Notes: generated by a model from the letters alone, not told the origin. A stretch of 64,000 nucleotides of DNA from Rubrobacterales bacterium (GCA_038198445.1 JBBPZZ010000107.1:2399-66398); one strand, 5' to 3'. Shown: positions 36,486 to 46,499, numbered from the stretch's first letter. Made by a program: numbers and translations.

Positions 36486-37276
36486 GCGAGGATTCCTCCT
36501 ACCAGGACGAGCGCCGTCACCACGAGCGCGAGCGCATCCCGCCTTCTGAAGCGCAACTCACGGTAGCGGGTGCGGCCCTCGCCTCCCCGGTAACCCCGGC
36601 TCTCCATCGCCTCGGCCAGTTCGTCCGCCCGGCGGAAGGCGCCCACGGTGAGCGGCACAAGCACCGGCACCAGCGCCCGAACACGCCGGACGAGCCCGCC
36701 CTCGGTGAAGTCCGCCCCGCGCGCGGCTTGGGCTTTGATGATCTTCTCGGCTTCCTCCTGGAGCGTCGGAATGAAACGCAGGGCTATGGTCATCATCATC
36801 GCCACCTCGTGCGCCGGGAACCGGACTCTCTTCAATGGCGAGAGCAAGTCTTCTATACCATCCGCCAGGGCCACGGGCGCCGTCGTCGCCGTTAGCAGAC
36901 CCGCCGCAGAGACCAGGAGCAATATCCTCAGGGCGAAAAAGAAGCCCAGCAGGAGCCCGCCGCTATGCACCTCCAGAATCCCCCACCGGAACAGTACCGT
37001 CCCTTCCCGCGAGAAGAATATTTGAAAGACGGCCGTCAGCGCCACAATAAATACCACCGGACGCAAGAGCCGCAGGAAATTGCCAACGGGTATGCCACCG
37101 ACGGCCACCAGCGCCGCAACCGCCGTGGCAACCACGAGGAAACCGGCTATCGAATCGACCAGGAAAAGCCCGGCCACCAGAAACATCGTTGCCAGTATCT
37201 TTGACCGGGGATCGAGCGCGTGTAGCGGAGACGCCACCGGATAGAACTGTCCTAAACCCTTGCTCGCGCCCATCAT
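36482..37276 (-). CDS. ecfT: energy-coupling factor transporter transmembrane component
   Basis: 264 aa. CbiQ/EcfT-like multi-TM protein with the C-terminal ARG-containing coupling helices (QAARGADF). Confidence 0.85.
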   Translation of the reverse strand: MMGASKGLGQFYPVASPLHALDPRSKILATMFLVAGLFLVDSIAGFLVVATAVAALVAVGGIPVGNFLRLLRPVVFIVALTAVFQIFFSREGTVLFRWGILEVHSGGLLLGFFFALRILLLVSAAGLLTATTAPVALADGIEDLLSPLKRVRFPAHEVAMMMTIALRFIPTLQEEAEKIIKAQAARGADFTEGGLVRRVRALVPVLVPLTVGAFRRADELAEAMESRGYRGGEGRTRYRELRFRRRDALALVVTALVLVGGILA

Positions 37277-37277
37277 C

Positions 37278-38093
37278 CTAAACTCCCAGAAGGCCCCTGA
37301 TCGCGGCGAGCGTTTCGCCGTAGCGCACCGGATTCCCGATCTCCGGATGCGCTTGTTTCAGAGAAGCAGCGGCCCGTACCGTGGCTGGAGCCGGCTCGCT
37401 GCCTCCGTAAAAGACCTCTTCCGGTGTCCCGAGAGCCCGGACCTCGCCTCTCTCCAGTACGCAGACCCGGTCAGCGACCTCGGCCACCTCATCCAGGTCG
37501 TGGGAGACGAGCACGACCGACACGCCCGCCTCCCGCAACCCGCGTACCACGTCGAGCAGTTCACTCCTGGTCGCGGGGTCGAGGCCGGCCGTTGGTTCGT
37601 CCAGCACGAAGATCTCCGGTCCCATCGCAAGCATCCCGGCGATAGCCACCCTCCGCTTCTCGCCTCCCGAGAGCGCGTGCGGCGGACGCCCCGCGAGATG
37701 ACCGGCGCCGAGCATCCCGAGCGACTCCCGCACCCGCTCGCGCACCTCATCCTCGCCAAGCCCGAGCTGGCGCGGCGCGAAGGCCACGTCCTCCTCTACT
37801 GTCGGCGCGAAGAGCGCCTGCTCCGGAAATTGAAACACCAGCCCGACCCTCCGCCGCAAATCGCTCTTATTGAGAGTAGTCGCATCCACGCCGTCCGCCA
37901 GCACCTCTCCACTCGCCGGTACGAGCAGCAAGTTCATGTGCTGGACCAGCGTGCTCTTCCCCGAGCCGGTCCCCCCAAGTATCCCCAGTACCTCGCCCGG
38001 CTCGACCGAAAGGGACACTCCTCGCAGAGCCTCGACCTCGAAAGGAGTGCCAGGCGAGTAGACGTGCCGCACGTCTCTTAGCTCCAGCTTCAC
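37278..38093 (-). CDS. ecfA2: ECF transporter ATPase component 2
   Basis: The GTG at 38093 overlaps the ecfA1 stop (GTGA). Has Walker A GGTGSGKST, the signature LSGGEKRR and Walker B FVLDEPT. Confidence 0.85.
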   Translation of the reverse strand: MKLELRDVRHVYSPGTPFEVEALRGVSLSVEPGEVLGILGGTGSGKSTLVQHMNLLLVPASGEVLADGVDATTLNKSDLRRRVGLVFQFPEQALFAPTVEEDVAFAPRQLGLGEDEVRERVRESLGMLGAGHLAGRPPHALSGGEKRRVAIAGMLAMGPEIFVLDEPTAGLDPATRSELLDVVRGLREAGVSVVLVSHDLDEVAEVADRVCVLERGEVRALGTPEEVFYGGSEPAPATVRAAASLKQAHPEIGNPVRYGETLAAIRGLLGV

Positions 38094-38899
38094 AGTGCGT
38101 TCGACCTCCGCGCCGCGTTCTCCAGGACGACGCCCGCCAGATCCTCCGGCGTTCGGCACGGTGGTAGTCCAAGCTCCAGAGCAAGCCGCGGCGCGGGTGG
38201 CAACACGAGGCGATTTTCGCGCAGGAGATCAAAGTCCGAGAACAAACGTTCCGGCGTGACGTCAGCGATGAGCCTTCCGCTGTTCAGCACGAGTACGCGG
38301 TCGGCGTCGAACAACTCCTCCAGGTGATGCGTGACGTGCAGGATGGTCTTCTTTCCCCACAAGGCTTCGAGCCGCTCCAGCACCTCCGTCCGTCCGTCGG
38401 TGTCGAGCATCGAGGTCGGCTCGTCGAGAAGGAGTATCTCCGGCTGGGCGGCCAGGAGGCCTGCCAGGGCCACACGCTGCTTCTCGCCACCGGAGAGGGT
38501 ATGAGGCTCGCGGCGCTCGTACCCTTCCAGGCCCACGGCTCCTATAGCCTCCGCGACCCGCCGCCGCATCTCCTCGCGCTCCACGCCGAGGTTTTCGAGC
38601 CCGAACGCCACGTCGTCCTCCACGAACGGAGCGACGAGGCCGTTCTCCGGGTTCTGGAACAACATCCCGACGCGCCGGCGTACCTCGAATGGGTACGTGG
38701 CGGGGTCTTGCCCCATCACCCGGACGTTGCCGGAGTCTGCCTGGAGCAAACCATTCAGGAGACGCACCAGAGTAGATTTGCCCCCACCGTTAGGCCCGAC
38801 CACGCCGATGTACTCCCCGGCGCGGACCTCGAAACTCGCGCCGGTTAGCGCGGGGCGCTCCGCTCCGGGGTACGAGTAGGTCAGGTCCTCGCAAGATAT
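38090..38899 (-). CDS. ecfA1: ECF transporter ATPase component 1 (start codon unresolved)
   Basis: Walker A GPNGGGKST, LSGGEKQR, LLLDEPT. ABC-like sequence (SCEDLTYSYPGAERPAL...) continues upstream of the first canonical start (GTG 38803). See findings. Confidence 0.8.
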   Translation of the reverse strand: MSCEDLTYSYPGAERPALTGASFEVRAGEYIGVVGPNGGGKSTLVRLLNGLLQADSGNVRVMGQDPATYPFEVRRRVGMLFQNPENGLVAPFVEDDVAFGLENLGVEREEMRRRVAEAIGAVGLEGYERREPHTLSGGEKQRVALAGLLAAQPEILLLDEPTSMLDTDGRTEVLERLEALWGKKTILHVTHHLEELFDADRVLVLNSGRLIADVTPERLFSDFDLLRENRLVLPPAPRLALELGLPPCRTPEDLAGVVLENAARRSNAL

Positions 38900-38901
38900 G
38901 A

Positions 38902-38929
38902 CAAGGGACCCGTCATGACGGGTCCCTTG
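38902..38929 (-). terminator. perfect 28-nt palindrome (12-bp stem, 4-nt loop) between rplQ and ecfA1
   Basis: caagggacccgt-catg-acgggtcccttg, checked base by base. The U-tract is weak, so it could act as a partial terminator or processing site. Confidence 0.45.
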
Positions 38930-38958
38930 CTCGGAAGTCGTTGCGTGTGGCGTTACGG

Positions 38959-39324
38959 TTACTCCGTGGTGTGGTTTACCAGCTCCAGGTATACAGTTTC
39001 GGCGCCGTCTCCCAGACGCGGACCTAGCTTCAGGATGCGGGTGTAGCCCGAGTCGCGGCCGTCCAGGTCGGGGGCCACGTCCTCGAAGAGCCTGCGGACG
39101 ATGGTCTTGTCCTTCAGGACCTTCACCGCCTGACGGCGGGCCGCCAGATCGTCCTTCTTGGCCGTGTTTATGAGCTTGTCGACCACGCCGCGAAGTTCCT
39201 TGGCCTTCTGGGTTGTCGTCTTGATGCGGCCGTGTTGGATCACCTGCCCGGCCATCGTGCCGAGCATCAGGTTGCGGTGCTGGGCGTCGCGGCCGAGCTT
39301 GCGTCCTCTCTTAGCGTGCCTCAT
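38959..39324 (-). CDS. rplQ: 50S ribosomal protein L17
   Basis: 121 aa from the ATG at 39324 (MRHAKRGRKLGRDAQHR...). Overlaps the rpoA 3' end by 14 nt. Confidence 0.95.
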   Translation of the reverse strand: MRHAKRGRKLGRDAQHRNLMLGTMAGQVIQHGRIKTTTQKAKELRGVVDKLINTAKKDDLAARRQAVKVLKDKTIVRRLFEDVAPDLDGRDSGYTRILKLGPRLGDGAETVYLELVNHTTE

Positions 39325-40264
39325 ATTCCTCACTCTCCAACTCGTACCCGATCTCCGAGAGCTTCGACCGGATCTCATCGACGCTCTTCATGCCGAGGTT
39401 GCGGATGTTCATCAGCTCCTCCTCGGTCATCGTGGCGAGCTGGCCGACGGTGTCCACGCCCTCGCGCTTGAGGCAGTTGTACGACCGGACGGTAAGCTCC
39501 AGATCCTCCACCGGACGCTCGTCCTGGATGACCGCCCGCCCGCTGCTCCGCCGGACTTCTCCACCGCTGCTGGACCCCTGGTATCCATCCGTGAAAAGCC
39601 CGAGGATATCCGTAAGCTGCCGGGAAGCGTCCTGCAATGCCTCCCGCGGCTCGATGCGGCCGTCGGTGAAGACCTCGATGGTAAGCGAATCCAGGTCCGT
39701 CCGGGCGCCGGCGCGAGTCTCGGCGACCGAGTAGTTCACGCGCTGGACCGGTGAAAACAGCGAATCGATCGCGATGACCCCGATGGGATCCGCGTCGCTC
39801 TTGTTCTGTTCGGCCCGCGCGTAGCCCTGCCCGCGCTCTACCGTGAGGCGCAGGTCGAGATGACCGCCTTCGGAGACGCTCGCTATGTAGTGGTCCGTGT
39901 TGATAACCTCGACATCGGCCTTCAGGTCTATGTCCGAGGCGCGGACCTCGCCAGGGCCGTCTTTCTGGATCTCCAGCTCTATCGGTTCGTCGCGCTCCAG
40001 CTTGAACTTCAGGCCCTTCACGTTGAGGATGATGTCCACGACGTCCTCTTTTACACCGGAGATCGTCGAGAACTCGTGCGAGACGCCCTCTATACGGATC
40101 TTGGTCGCCGCGGCGCCCGTCAATCCGGAGAGCATCACCCGCCGGAGCGAGTTGCCCAGAGTATGTCCGAGCCCGCGCGGCAACGGCTCCGCGACGAAGA
40201 TCGCGCGCTGCTCGCCTTCTTCTTCCACCCTGAAACGGGGTGGTGCTATATCTAACATCGTCAA
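39311..40264 (-). CDS. rpoA: DNA-directed RNA polymerase subunit alpha
   Basis: 317 aa with a conserved N-terminal domain and C-terminal domain (VEDLELTVRSYNCLKREG). Confidence 0.95.
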   Translation of the reverse strand: MTMLDIAPPRFRVEEEGEQRAIFVAEPLPRGLGHTLGNSLRRVMLSGLTGAAATKIRIEGVSHEFSTISGVKEDVVDIILNVKGLKFKLERDEPIELEIQKDGPGEVRASDIDLKADVEVINTDHYIASVSEGGHLDLRLTVERGQGYARAEQNKSDADPIGVIAIDSLFSPVQRVNYSVAETRAGARTDLDSLTIEVFTDGRIEPREALQDASRQLTDILGLFTDGYQGSSSGGEVRRSSGRAVIQDERPVEDLELTVRSYNCLKREGVDTVGQLATMTEEELMNIRNLGMKSVDEIRSKLSEIGYELESEEYEAR

Positions 40265-40299
40265 ATTACCACCTGCTGAATATGGGTTTCGGCTACTGA

Positions 40300-40902
40300 C
40301 TAACGGCTGTAGAACTCGATTATGAGCTGTTCCTCGACGGGAGCGTCGATCTCGTCGCGGCCCGGCGCGTGCAAGACTCGCCCGGTGAAGTTGTCGTGAT
40401 CCGCCTCAAGCCACGCGGGAACGGCGACGACGTTCTCGACGGCATTCTGTATCGGCTCCAGGCTCCGGCTCTTCTCGCGCACTGTTATAACGTCTCCCGG
40501 CTTGACTATCGCCGAGGGGATGTCGTGCTTACGGCCGTTGAGCTGAAAGTGTCCGTGAACCACGATCTGCCGCGCCTGCGGCCGGCTCGTCGCGAAACCG
40601 AGACGGTAGATCACGTTGTCCACCCGTAGCTCCATGAGCCTGAGAAGGTTCTCACCGCTAACGCCCTGCATCCGGGTCGCCTTGTCGTAGGTCCTCCTAA
40701 ACTGCTTCTCGGAGACGCCGTAGTACCAGCGGGCCTTCTGTTTCTCCATGAGCCGCAGTCCGTACTCCGTCTGCCTCTGCCGGCCCCGGCCATGCTCGCC
40801 GGGCGGATAGGGCTTCCTCTCCAGCGGGTTCTTCCGCATCGAGGAGATCATCACCCCGGCACGCCGGTCTCGCCGGCCTCTTGGTCCTGTATAACGCGCC
40901 AC
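40300..40902 (-). CDS. rpsD: 30S ribosomal protein S4
   Basis: 200 aa, MARYTGP..., with an S4 RNA-binding domain. Confidence 0.95.
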   Translation of the reverse strand: MARYTGPRGRRDRRAGVMISSMRKNPLERKPYPPGEHGRGRQRQTEYGLRLMEKQKARWYYGVSEKQFRRTYDKATRMQGVSGENLLRLMELRVDNVIYRLGFATSRPQARQIVVHGHFQLNGRKHDIPSAIVKPGDVITVREKSRSLEPIQNAVENVVAVPAWLEADHDNFTGRVLHAPGRDEIDAPVEEQLIIEFYSR

Positions 40903-40925
40903 TGCTCTCTAGTACCTCCTGATCT

Positions 40926-41336
40926 CTAACCGCGCCGACGTTTCGTGGGCCGGCAACCGTTGTGCGGCTGGCCCGTGACGTCCTTTATGGAGAGGACCTC
41001 TATGCCCATCGACTGGAAGGTCCTCGCGGCCATGTCCCGGCCCGAGCCGTGGCCCTTGACCTCGATGTCCGCGCGCCGCACGCCCTGGTCCATCGCCTTG
41101 TTCGCGCAACTCTCGGCCGTCATCTGGGCGGCGTAGGGCGTGCTCTTGCGGCTACCCTTGAAGCCTAAAGCCCCCGCCGACTCCCAGGCTATGACGTTGC
41201 CCTCCTGGTCCGAGACGCTGACGATGGTGTTATTGAACGAACTCTTGATATGAACGATGCCCGTCGTGACGTTCCGCCGAACTCTCCGGCGGCTGCGGCT
41301 CGCCCCGCCCCGACGCTGCTGACGCTGTCTACCCAT
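40926..41336 (-). CDS. rpsK: 30S ribosomal protein S11
   Basis: 136 aa; [18 protein letters not shown] is typical uS11. Confidence 0.95.
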   Translation of the reverse strand: MGRQRQQRRGGASRSRRRVRRNVTTGIVHIKSSFNNTIVSVSDQEGNVIAWESAGALGFKGSRKSTPYAAQMTAESCANKAMDQGVRRADIEVKGHGSGRDMAARTFQSMGIEVLSIKDVTGQPHNGCRPTKRRRG

Positions 41337-41708
41337 CTACTTCTTCTTCCTCCCGCCTATGGACGGCTTCGGACCCTTGCGCGAGCGGGCGTTCGTCTTC
41401 GTCCGCTGCCCGCGCACGGGGAGTCCCCGGCGATGCCGGATACCCCTGTAGCTCCCGATCTCTATGAGCCGCCGGATGTTCTGGTTCGTCTCACGCCTGA
41501 GGTCGCCCTCGACCTCGATGTTCTGGTCGATGTAGGTCCGGATCTTGGCGACCTCGCCCTCGGCCAGGTCCCGCACCTTCGTATCCGGATCAACGTCCGT
41601 CTCGGCGCAGATCTTCTTGGCCGTCGAACGGCCGACGCCGAAGACGTAGGTGAGTCCTATCTCGACCCTCTTCTCCCTGGGCAGGTCTACCCCTGCTACA
41701 CGCGCCAT
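41337..41708 (-). CDS. rpsM: 30S ribosomal protein S13
   Basis: 123 aa, [21 protein letters not shown]. Confidence 0.95.
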   Translation of the reverse strand: MARVAGVDLPREKRVEIGLTYVFGVGRSTAKKICAETDVDPDTKVRDLAEGEVAKIRTYIDQNIEVEGDLRRETNQNIRRLIEIGSYRGIRHRRGLPVRGQRTKTNARSRKGPKPSIGGRKKK

Positions 41709-41709
41709 A

Positions 41710-41823
41710 CTAACCCTGCCTCTGCTTGTGCCGGGGGTTGGAACAGATGACCCGCACCACTCCGCGCCGGCGTATTACCTTGCACCGTTCGCATATCGGT
41801 TTCACACTCGCCCTGACCTTCAA
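41710..41823 (-). CDS. rpmJ: 50S ribosomal protein L36 (zinc-binding type)
   Basis: Hand-translated 37-aa ORF absent from the ORF track. It has a TTG start after AAGGAG. Sequence: [37 protein letters not shown]. Confidence 0.9.
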   Translation of the reverse strand: MKVRASVKPICERCKVIRRRGVVRVICSNPRHKQRQG

Positions 41824-41833
41824 CGCTCTCTCC

Positions 41834-42055
41834 TTAGTTCCTGAACCTGTAAGTTATTCGTCCCCGGCTCAAGTCGTAGGGGCTCAACTCCACCTTCACC
41901 CGGTCGCCCGGCAATATCCGGATGTAGTTCATCCGCATCTTGCCCGAGATGTGCGCGAGAACGTTGTGCTCGTTCTCCAGCTCGACCCGGAACTGGGTGT
42001 TCGGCAACGCTTCCGTCACCGTCCCCTCGACCTCTATGACATCTTCTTTAGCCAA
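41834..42055 (-). CDS. infA: translation initiation factor IF-1
   Basis: 73 aa, [19 protein letters not shown]..., with a TAAGGAGG SD. Confidence 0.95.
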   Translation of the reverse strand: MAKEDVIEVEGTVTEALPNTQFRVELENEHNVLAHISGKMRMNYIRILPGDRVKVELSPYDLSRGRITYRFRN

Positions 42056-42157
42056 GGACCTCCTTACTGCCTTCGTGCTTTACTGTTACAAAGTGGTTGG
42101 AGCCAAGCAAATATGCTACCACGCACGCCCCGCTTTTCCCACTCTCTACGGCTATTG

Positions 42158-42922
42158 CTACCAACCCGGTACTCCTTCTCCGGTGAGTACCTCGGGGCCG
42201 TCCTCGGTAACGGCGATGGTGTGCTCGTAATGTGCGGCGAGGGAGCCGTCGGCGGTGTAGATGGACCATCCGTCCCGCTCGTCTATACTGATGTCGTAGC
42301 TACCCAGCGTTATCATGGGCTCTATCGCGAAGACCATTCCCACCTGCAGGCGCGGTCCGGTCCCCGGCTCTCCGTAGTTGGGGATCTGGGGGTCTTCGTG
42401 CATCTTGCGCCCGACCCCGTGCGAGACGAGGTCCCGGACCACCCCGTAGCCACGCGCCTCGGCCACGGACTGTATGGCGTATCCGACGTCTCCGAGATGG
42501 TTCCCGGCCCGCATCTGCTCGGTGGCCGCCGCCAGACATTTTCTGGTGGTCCGCAAGAGCCCGTCGGCGTCGGGGGCAATCTCGCCTACCGACACCGTAG
42601 TCGCGGAGTCGGTGACGAAGCCGTCGTAGCGGACACCAACATCGAGGGAGATTACATCGCCGTCCTTCAGGCGGTAAGCGCCGGGGATACCGTGAACGAT
42701 CATCGCGTTAGGCGAAGCGCAGATAGAGGCCGGGAAGCCCTGATAGCCCTTGAACTCCGGCTTGCCGCCGTGATCGTAGATAAACTCCTCGGCCAGATGG
42801 TCGAGTTCCTCCGTGGTGATACCCGCCCGGACGTTATCCGCGAGCACCTTCAAGCAGGCGGCCGTGATCTCGCCGCCTTCGCGCATCGTTTCGAGTTCCC
42901 CCTTACTCTTGCGTACGATCAA
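42158..42922 (-). CDS. map: type I methionine aminopeptidase
   Basis: 254 aa with metal-ligand contexts DVISLDVG, HGVGR and FAIEPM. Confidence 0.9.
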   Translation of the reverse strand: MIVRKSKGELETMREGGEITAACLKVLADNVRAGITTEELDHLAEEFIYDHGGKPEFKGYQGFPASICASPNAMIVHGIPGAYRLKDGDVISLDVGVRYDGFVTDSATTVSVGEIAPDADGLLRTTRKCLAAATEQMRAGNHLGDVGYAIQSVAEARGYGVVRDLVSHGVGRKMHEDPQIPNYGEPGTGPRLQVGMVFAIEPMITLGSYDISIDERDGWSIYTADGSLAAHYEHTIAVTEDGPEVLTGEGVPGW

Positions 42923-43551
42923 GCGCCTTCTCCAACCGCCTTCAGGATGTCTTCGGTGATAACGGAGATCTCCCGGTTGGCGTCCACCGTTACGAGGATG
43001 CCACGCTCGGCGTAGTAATCTTTCAGAGGTTCGGTTTGCTCATGGTAGATCCTGAGCCGGTTGCGGATCGCTTCCTCCGAGTCGTCTTTGCGCTGGACGA
43101 ACGGGCCGGGGTCGTCGCCGTTCTCCGGTGGCGGATCGTACTGTACGTGATAGATCTCTCCCGTCGCCTCGCTCTGGCGGCGTCCCGAGAGCCTCTCGAC
43201 TAGCGCCTCGTCCGGCGCTTCGAGAGCGATTGCTTTATCCAGCCGCGCGTCTATTTCTTTTAGGGCCTCGTCCAGGGCCTCCGCCTGAGCCTCGGTGCGC
43301 GGGAAGCCGTCGAGCAGCCAGGAGTCTGTCTGCTCAAGGTGCGGCTTCGCCATCTCGACGATTATCTCGTCCGGGACCAACTCGCCCCGGTCGTTGTAGT
43401 CCTGGACCTTCTGACCAAGTTCCGAGCCGGATTTAATCTCGGCGCGCACGATATCCCCCGTGGAGATATGTTTCGCACCGGTCTTCTCCGCGACCCGGCC
43501 CGCCTGCGTTCCTTTTCCAGCCCCTTGAGGGCCAAGCAAGATAACTCTCAT
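42919..43551 (-). CDS. adk: adenylate kinase
   Basis: 210 aa with P-loop GPQGAGKGTQ. Confidence 0.95.
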   Translation of the reverse strand: MRVILLGPQGAGKGTQAGRVAEKTGAKHISTGDIVRAEIKSGSELGQKVQDYNDRGELVPDEIIVEMAKPHLEQTDSWLLDGFPRTEAQAEALDEALKEIDARLDKAIALEAPDEALVERLSGRRQSEATGEIYHVQYDPPPENGDDPGPFVQRKDDSEEAIRNRLRIYHEQTEPLKDYYAERGILVTVDANREISVITEDILKAVGEGA

Positions 43552-44834
43552 CGTTTCCTCAAAAACCCTTCGTAGTTTCGCATCATCAACTGACTTTCGA
43601 GCTGGCGCACCGTATCGAGCGAGACGCCGACAACGATGAGCATCGAAGTACCGCCCAGAAAGATCGAATTCGGTATGCCAGGGATGGCGTTCGTGATCAG
43701 GTACGGCAGCACCGCTATCGCAGCCAGGAATAACGCCCCGAAGAGCGTGATCCTCGTCAGCACTCCGTTTAGATACAACGCCGTCGGCTGTCCCGGACGG
43801 ATGCCCGGTATGTAACCGCCGCTCTTCTTCAGGTTGTCGGCATGCTCAATCGGGTTGAACTGCACGGCCGTGTAGAAGTAGGTAAACATCAGGATCAACA
43901 TCGCGAACAGTATCAGGTACGGCGTGGTACCCGGCGAGAAGAAGTGGGAGATCCTGTACAGGATCCCGTCCTGATTGCTACCCGCCGCGAGCTGCCCGAG
44001 CACGACCGGGAAGATCAAGAGCGACGAGGCGAAGATGATCGGTATTACGCCGGCCATGTTGACCTTGAGCGGCAGATAAGTCGTCCCGCCCTGGCTCATC
44101 CTGCGCCCGACCTGGCGCTTGGCGTAGGTGATCGGGATACGCCGCTGCCCCTCGTTGACGAACACGATAGCCGCCACGATGAGGACCGCGATTATGAGTA
44201 GTAGGACGACGTTCAGGACACTGCCGTTCTCGTACAACGTCTGAATGGCGGTAGGCGCCCGCGAGATGATCGAAGCCGTAATTATCAGCGAGATGCCGTT
44301 CCCGAGTCCGCGCTCGGTTATCAACTCCCCGAGCCACATCGTAAGCATCACGCCGGTCGTCAGGGTAAGGATTATCAGGAATATGTCTATCGGCGTCGAC
44401 CCCGAGACCACGTCACCGAGTTGTCCGGATCGCAAGTACAAAGATAAGGCTATCGACTGGAGAAACGCAAGCACGAGCGTGAAGTACCGGGTGTACTGCG
44501 TGATCTTCTGCTGCCCGGCATCTCCCTCCTTGGCGAGCTCCTGGAGCCTCGGTATCGCCACGGTCAAGAGTTGCATCACGATGGCCGCCGTTATGTACGG
44601 CATGATCCCCAGCGAAAATATGGAGAAGTGGTTGAAAGCCCCGCCGGTGAACACCCCGAAGAGACCCGTTATGGCGTTCCCCCCGGTCTGGGCTCCCGTA
44701 GCCAGGGCCTCCCGATTAATGCCCGGAAGCGGGATCCAGGCTCCAAGCCGGTACAGGGCGATCATGACCGCCGTGAAGACTAATTTCTGGCGCAGCTCGG
44801 GGACGCGCCACGCATTTGCCAGGGCTCCTAACAT
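43548..44834 (-). CDS. secY: preprotein translocase subunit SecY
   Basis: 428 aa, 10-TM SecY sequence. Confidence 0.95.
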   Translation of the reverse strand: MLGALANAWRVPELRQKLVFTAVMIALYRLGAWIPLPGINREALATGAQTGGNAITGLFGVFTGGAFNHFSIFSLGIMPYITAAIVMQLLTVAIPRLQELAKEGDAGQQKITQYTRYFTLVLAFLQSIALSLYLRSGQLGDVVSGSTPIDIFLIILTLTTGVMLTMWLGELITERGLGNGISLIITASIISRAPTAIQTLYENGSVLNVVLLLIIAVLIVAAIVFVNEGQRRIPITYAKRQVGRRMSQGGTTYLPLKVNMAGVIPIIFASSLLIFPVVLGQLAAGSNQDGILYRISHFFSPGTTPYLILFAMLILMFTYFYTAVQFNPIEHADNLKKSGGYIPGIRPGQPTALYLNGVLTRITLFGALFLAAIAVLPYLITNAIPGIPNSIFLGGTSMLIVVGVSLDTVRQLESQLMMRNYEGFLRKR

Positions 44835-44836
44835 AT

Positions 44837-45298
44837 CTACCGCTCCAGTATCTCGACGCTCCCGCCGGCCGCCTCTATCTTCTCCTTCGCCGAGCCGGAG
44901 AAAGCGTGGGCCTTGACCGTAACGGAACGTCCGACCTCCCCGTCGCCGAGGATCTTGACGAGCCCTTCTTTCTTCCCGACGAGCCCGGCGGTCCGCAACT
45001 CTTCGAGGCCTATCGTATCATCCGAAACGTCCGCGAGTTGGCCTACGTTGACCGCCGAATAAACGGTTGGACGGGCTACGGTGTGCCTGCCCCGCGCCAT
45101 GCCCTTCAGACGCGGCAAACGACGCTGCAGCGGCATCTGCCCGCCCTCGTAAGTGGGGTGCGTCGAAGCGCCCGAGCGGGCGCCAGCGCCCTTGTGGCCG
45201 CGCCCGCTGGTCTTGCCGTTTCCCGATCCCTTGCCGCGGCCGAGCCGCTTGCGGTCCCTCGTGGAGCCTGGGGCCGGAGAGAGTTCATTGAGTCTCAT
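44837..45298 (-). CDS. rplO: 50S ribosomal protein L15
   Basis: 153 aa, MRLNELSPAPGS...GRGKGSG. Confidence 0.95.
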   Translation of the reverse strand: MRLNELSPAPGSTRDRKRLGRGKGSGNGKTSGRGHKGAGARSGASTHPTYEGGQMPLQRRLPRLKGMARGRHTVARPTVYSAVNVGQLADVSDDTIGLEELRTAGLVGKKEGLVKILGDGEVGRSVTVKAHAFSGSAKEKIEAAGGSVEILER

Positions 45299-45484
45299 TT
45301 ACTCGTCCACCTCCTCGACGCGGACCAGGTGGCGCACCTTGTGAAGCATGCCCCGGATAGCGGGCGTGTCTCCGTGGACCCGCTCGTCGCGTATCCGCTT
45401 CAAGCCCAGCGCCTTTATCGTCCGCTTATGCGGCTCCTTCGAGCCGATAACGCTCTTCATCTGCGTAACCTTCAGTGGGCTCAT
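45299..45484 (-). CDS. rpmD: 50S ribosomal protein L30
   Basis: 61 aa in the conserved position between rpsE and rplO. Confidence 0.9.
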   Translation of the reverse strand: MSPLKVTQMKSVIGSKEPHKRTIKALGLKRIRDERVHGDTPAIRGMLHKVRHLVRVEEVDE

Positions 45485-46119
45485 GATGTGATCTTGACCC
45501 CCCGCTCCTGCTCGATCTGGGCTTTCGTCCGCAGGCTCTTGAGGCCTTGCTCCGTGGCCTTGACCAGGTTCACCGAGGTCGTCGATCCGAGCGCCTTGGT
45601 CAGCACGTCCTTGATGCCCGCAAGCTCCAGGACCGCCCGGACGCCGCCGCCCGCGATCACTCCCGTACCCTCGGAGGCTGGCTTCAGCAGCACGTCGGAA
45701 CTCTCGAACTTGCCGATTACCCCGTGAGGGATCGTGGTGTTCCGCATCGGCACGTCGAACATCTCGCGCTTGGCCTTGTCCTGGCCTTTGGCGATAGCGG
45801 CAGGCACCGTGTTGGCCTTACCCAACCCGATACCGACACGTCCCTTGCCGTCTCCGACGACTACCAGCGCGCTGAAGTTGAAGCGCCGACCGCCCTTGAC
45901 TACCTTGGAGACGCGCCGGATCTCGACGACCCGGTCCTGGAACTCCGAGTTCTCGCGCTGCCGGCCACCGCGTCCGCCTGGACCGCCACCGCGACCACCG
46001 GGTCCGCCGCCACGCCCACCAGGCCCGCCGGGGCCACCACCGCGTCCACCTGGACCACCACCGCGTCCACCGGGTCCGCCCGGTGCTCCGCCTCTATTAT
46101 CGTTTCTTGGACGACCCAA
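45481..46119 (-). CDS. rpsE: 30S ribosomal protein S5 with N-terminal Gly/Arg/Pro repeat extension
   Basis: 212 aa with a TTG start 7 nt after an AGGAGG SD. The uS5 core starts near ...[18 protein letters not shown]. Confidence 0.95.
   Translation of the reverse strand: MGRPRNDNRGGAPGGPGGRGGGPGGRGGGPGGPGGRGGGPGGRGGGPGGRGGRQRENSEFQDRVVEIRRVSKVVKGGRRFNFSALVVVGDGKGRVGIGLGKANTVPAAIAKGQDKAKREMFDVPMRNTTIPHGVIGKFESSDVLLKPASEGTGVIAGGGVRAVLELAGIKDVLTKALGSTTSVNLVKATEQGLKSLRTKAQIEQERGVKITS
45964..46092 (-). repeat. in-frame tandem repeat encoding (G)GPGGRG units in the S5 N-terminus
   Basis: Protein residues 10-52 read [43 protein letters not shown]. The DNA shows reiterated ccaccgcg/ccacc(t/g)gg units. 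Confidence 0.7.
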
Positions 46120-46137
46120 GATAAATCCTCCTAAGCT

Positions 46138-46488
46138 CTAAAGTTTCAGTCCGCCCTCGCGTGCGCCCTCGGCGAGCGCCGCGATGCGGCCGTGGTATCT
46201 GTTTCCGCCCCGGTCGAAGACGACCGTCTCGATACCGGCCTCCGACGCCTTCCGGGCGATCAACTCTCCGACCTTCCGCGCCGACTCCTTGCGGTTCTCG
46301 GCCTCCCCGACCTCGCGGGAGTCGGCCGACGCGAGCGTGTGGCCCGCATAATCGTCGATGAGTTGGGCGTAGATGTGTACGTTCGAGCGGTATACCGAGA
46401 GGCGTGGGCGTTCCGCTGTGCCGGTCAACTTGCGCCGGACGCGCTTACGCCGCTTCTCCCTGTGCGCTCTCTTCTGTAGAACAGCCAT
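46138..46488 (-). CDS. rplR: 50S ribosomal protein L18
   Basis: 116 aa with a conserved uL18 C-terminus ([27 protein letters not shown]). Confidence 0.95.
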   Translation of the reverse strand: MAVLQKRAHREKRRKRVRRKLTGTAERPRLSVYRSNVHIYAQLIDDYAGHTLASADSREVGEAENRKESARKVGELIARKASEAGIETVVFDRGGNRYHGRIAALAEGAREGGLKL

Positions 46489-46499
46489 TACTTCCTCCC

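Noticed and set aside
38801-38803. GTG 38803 as the true ecfA1 start
   Set aside because: It would leave only 2 residues before Walker A and delete the conserved N-terminal beta-strands, which are clearly encoded in frame upstream. I kept it as an open question in the findings.
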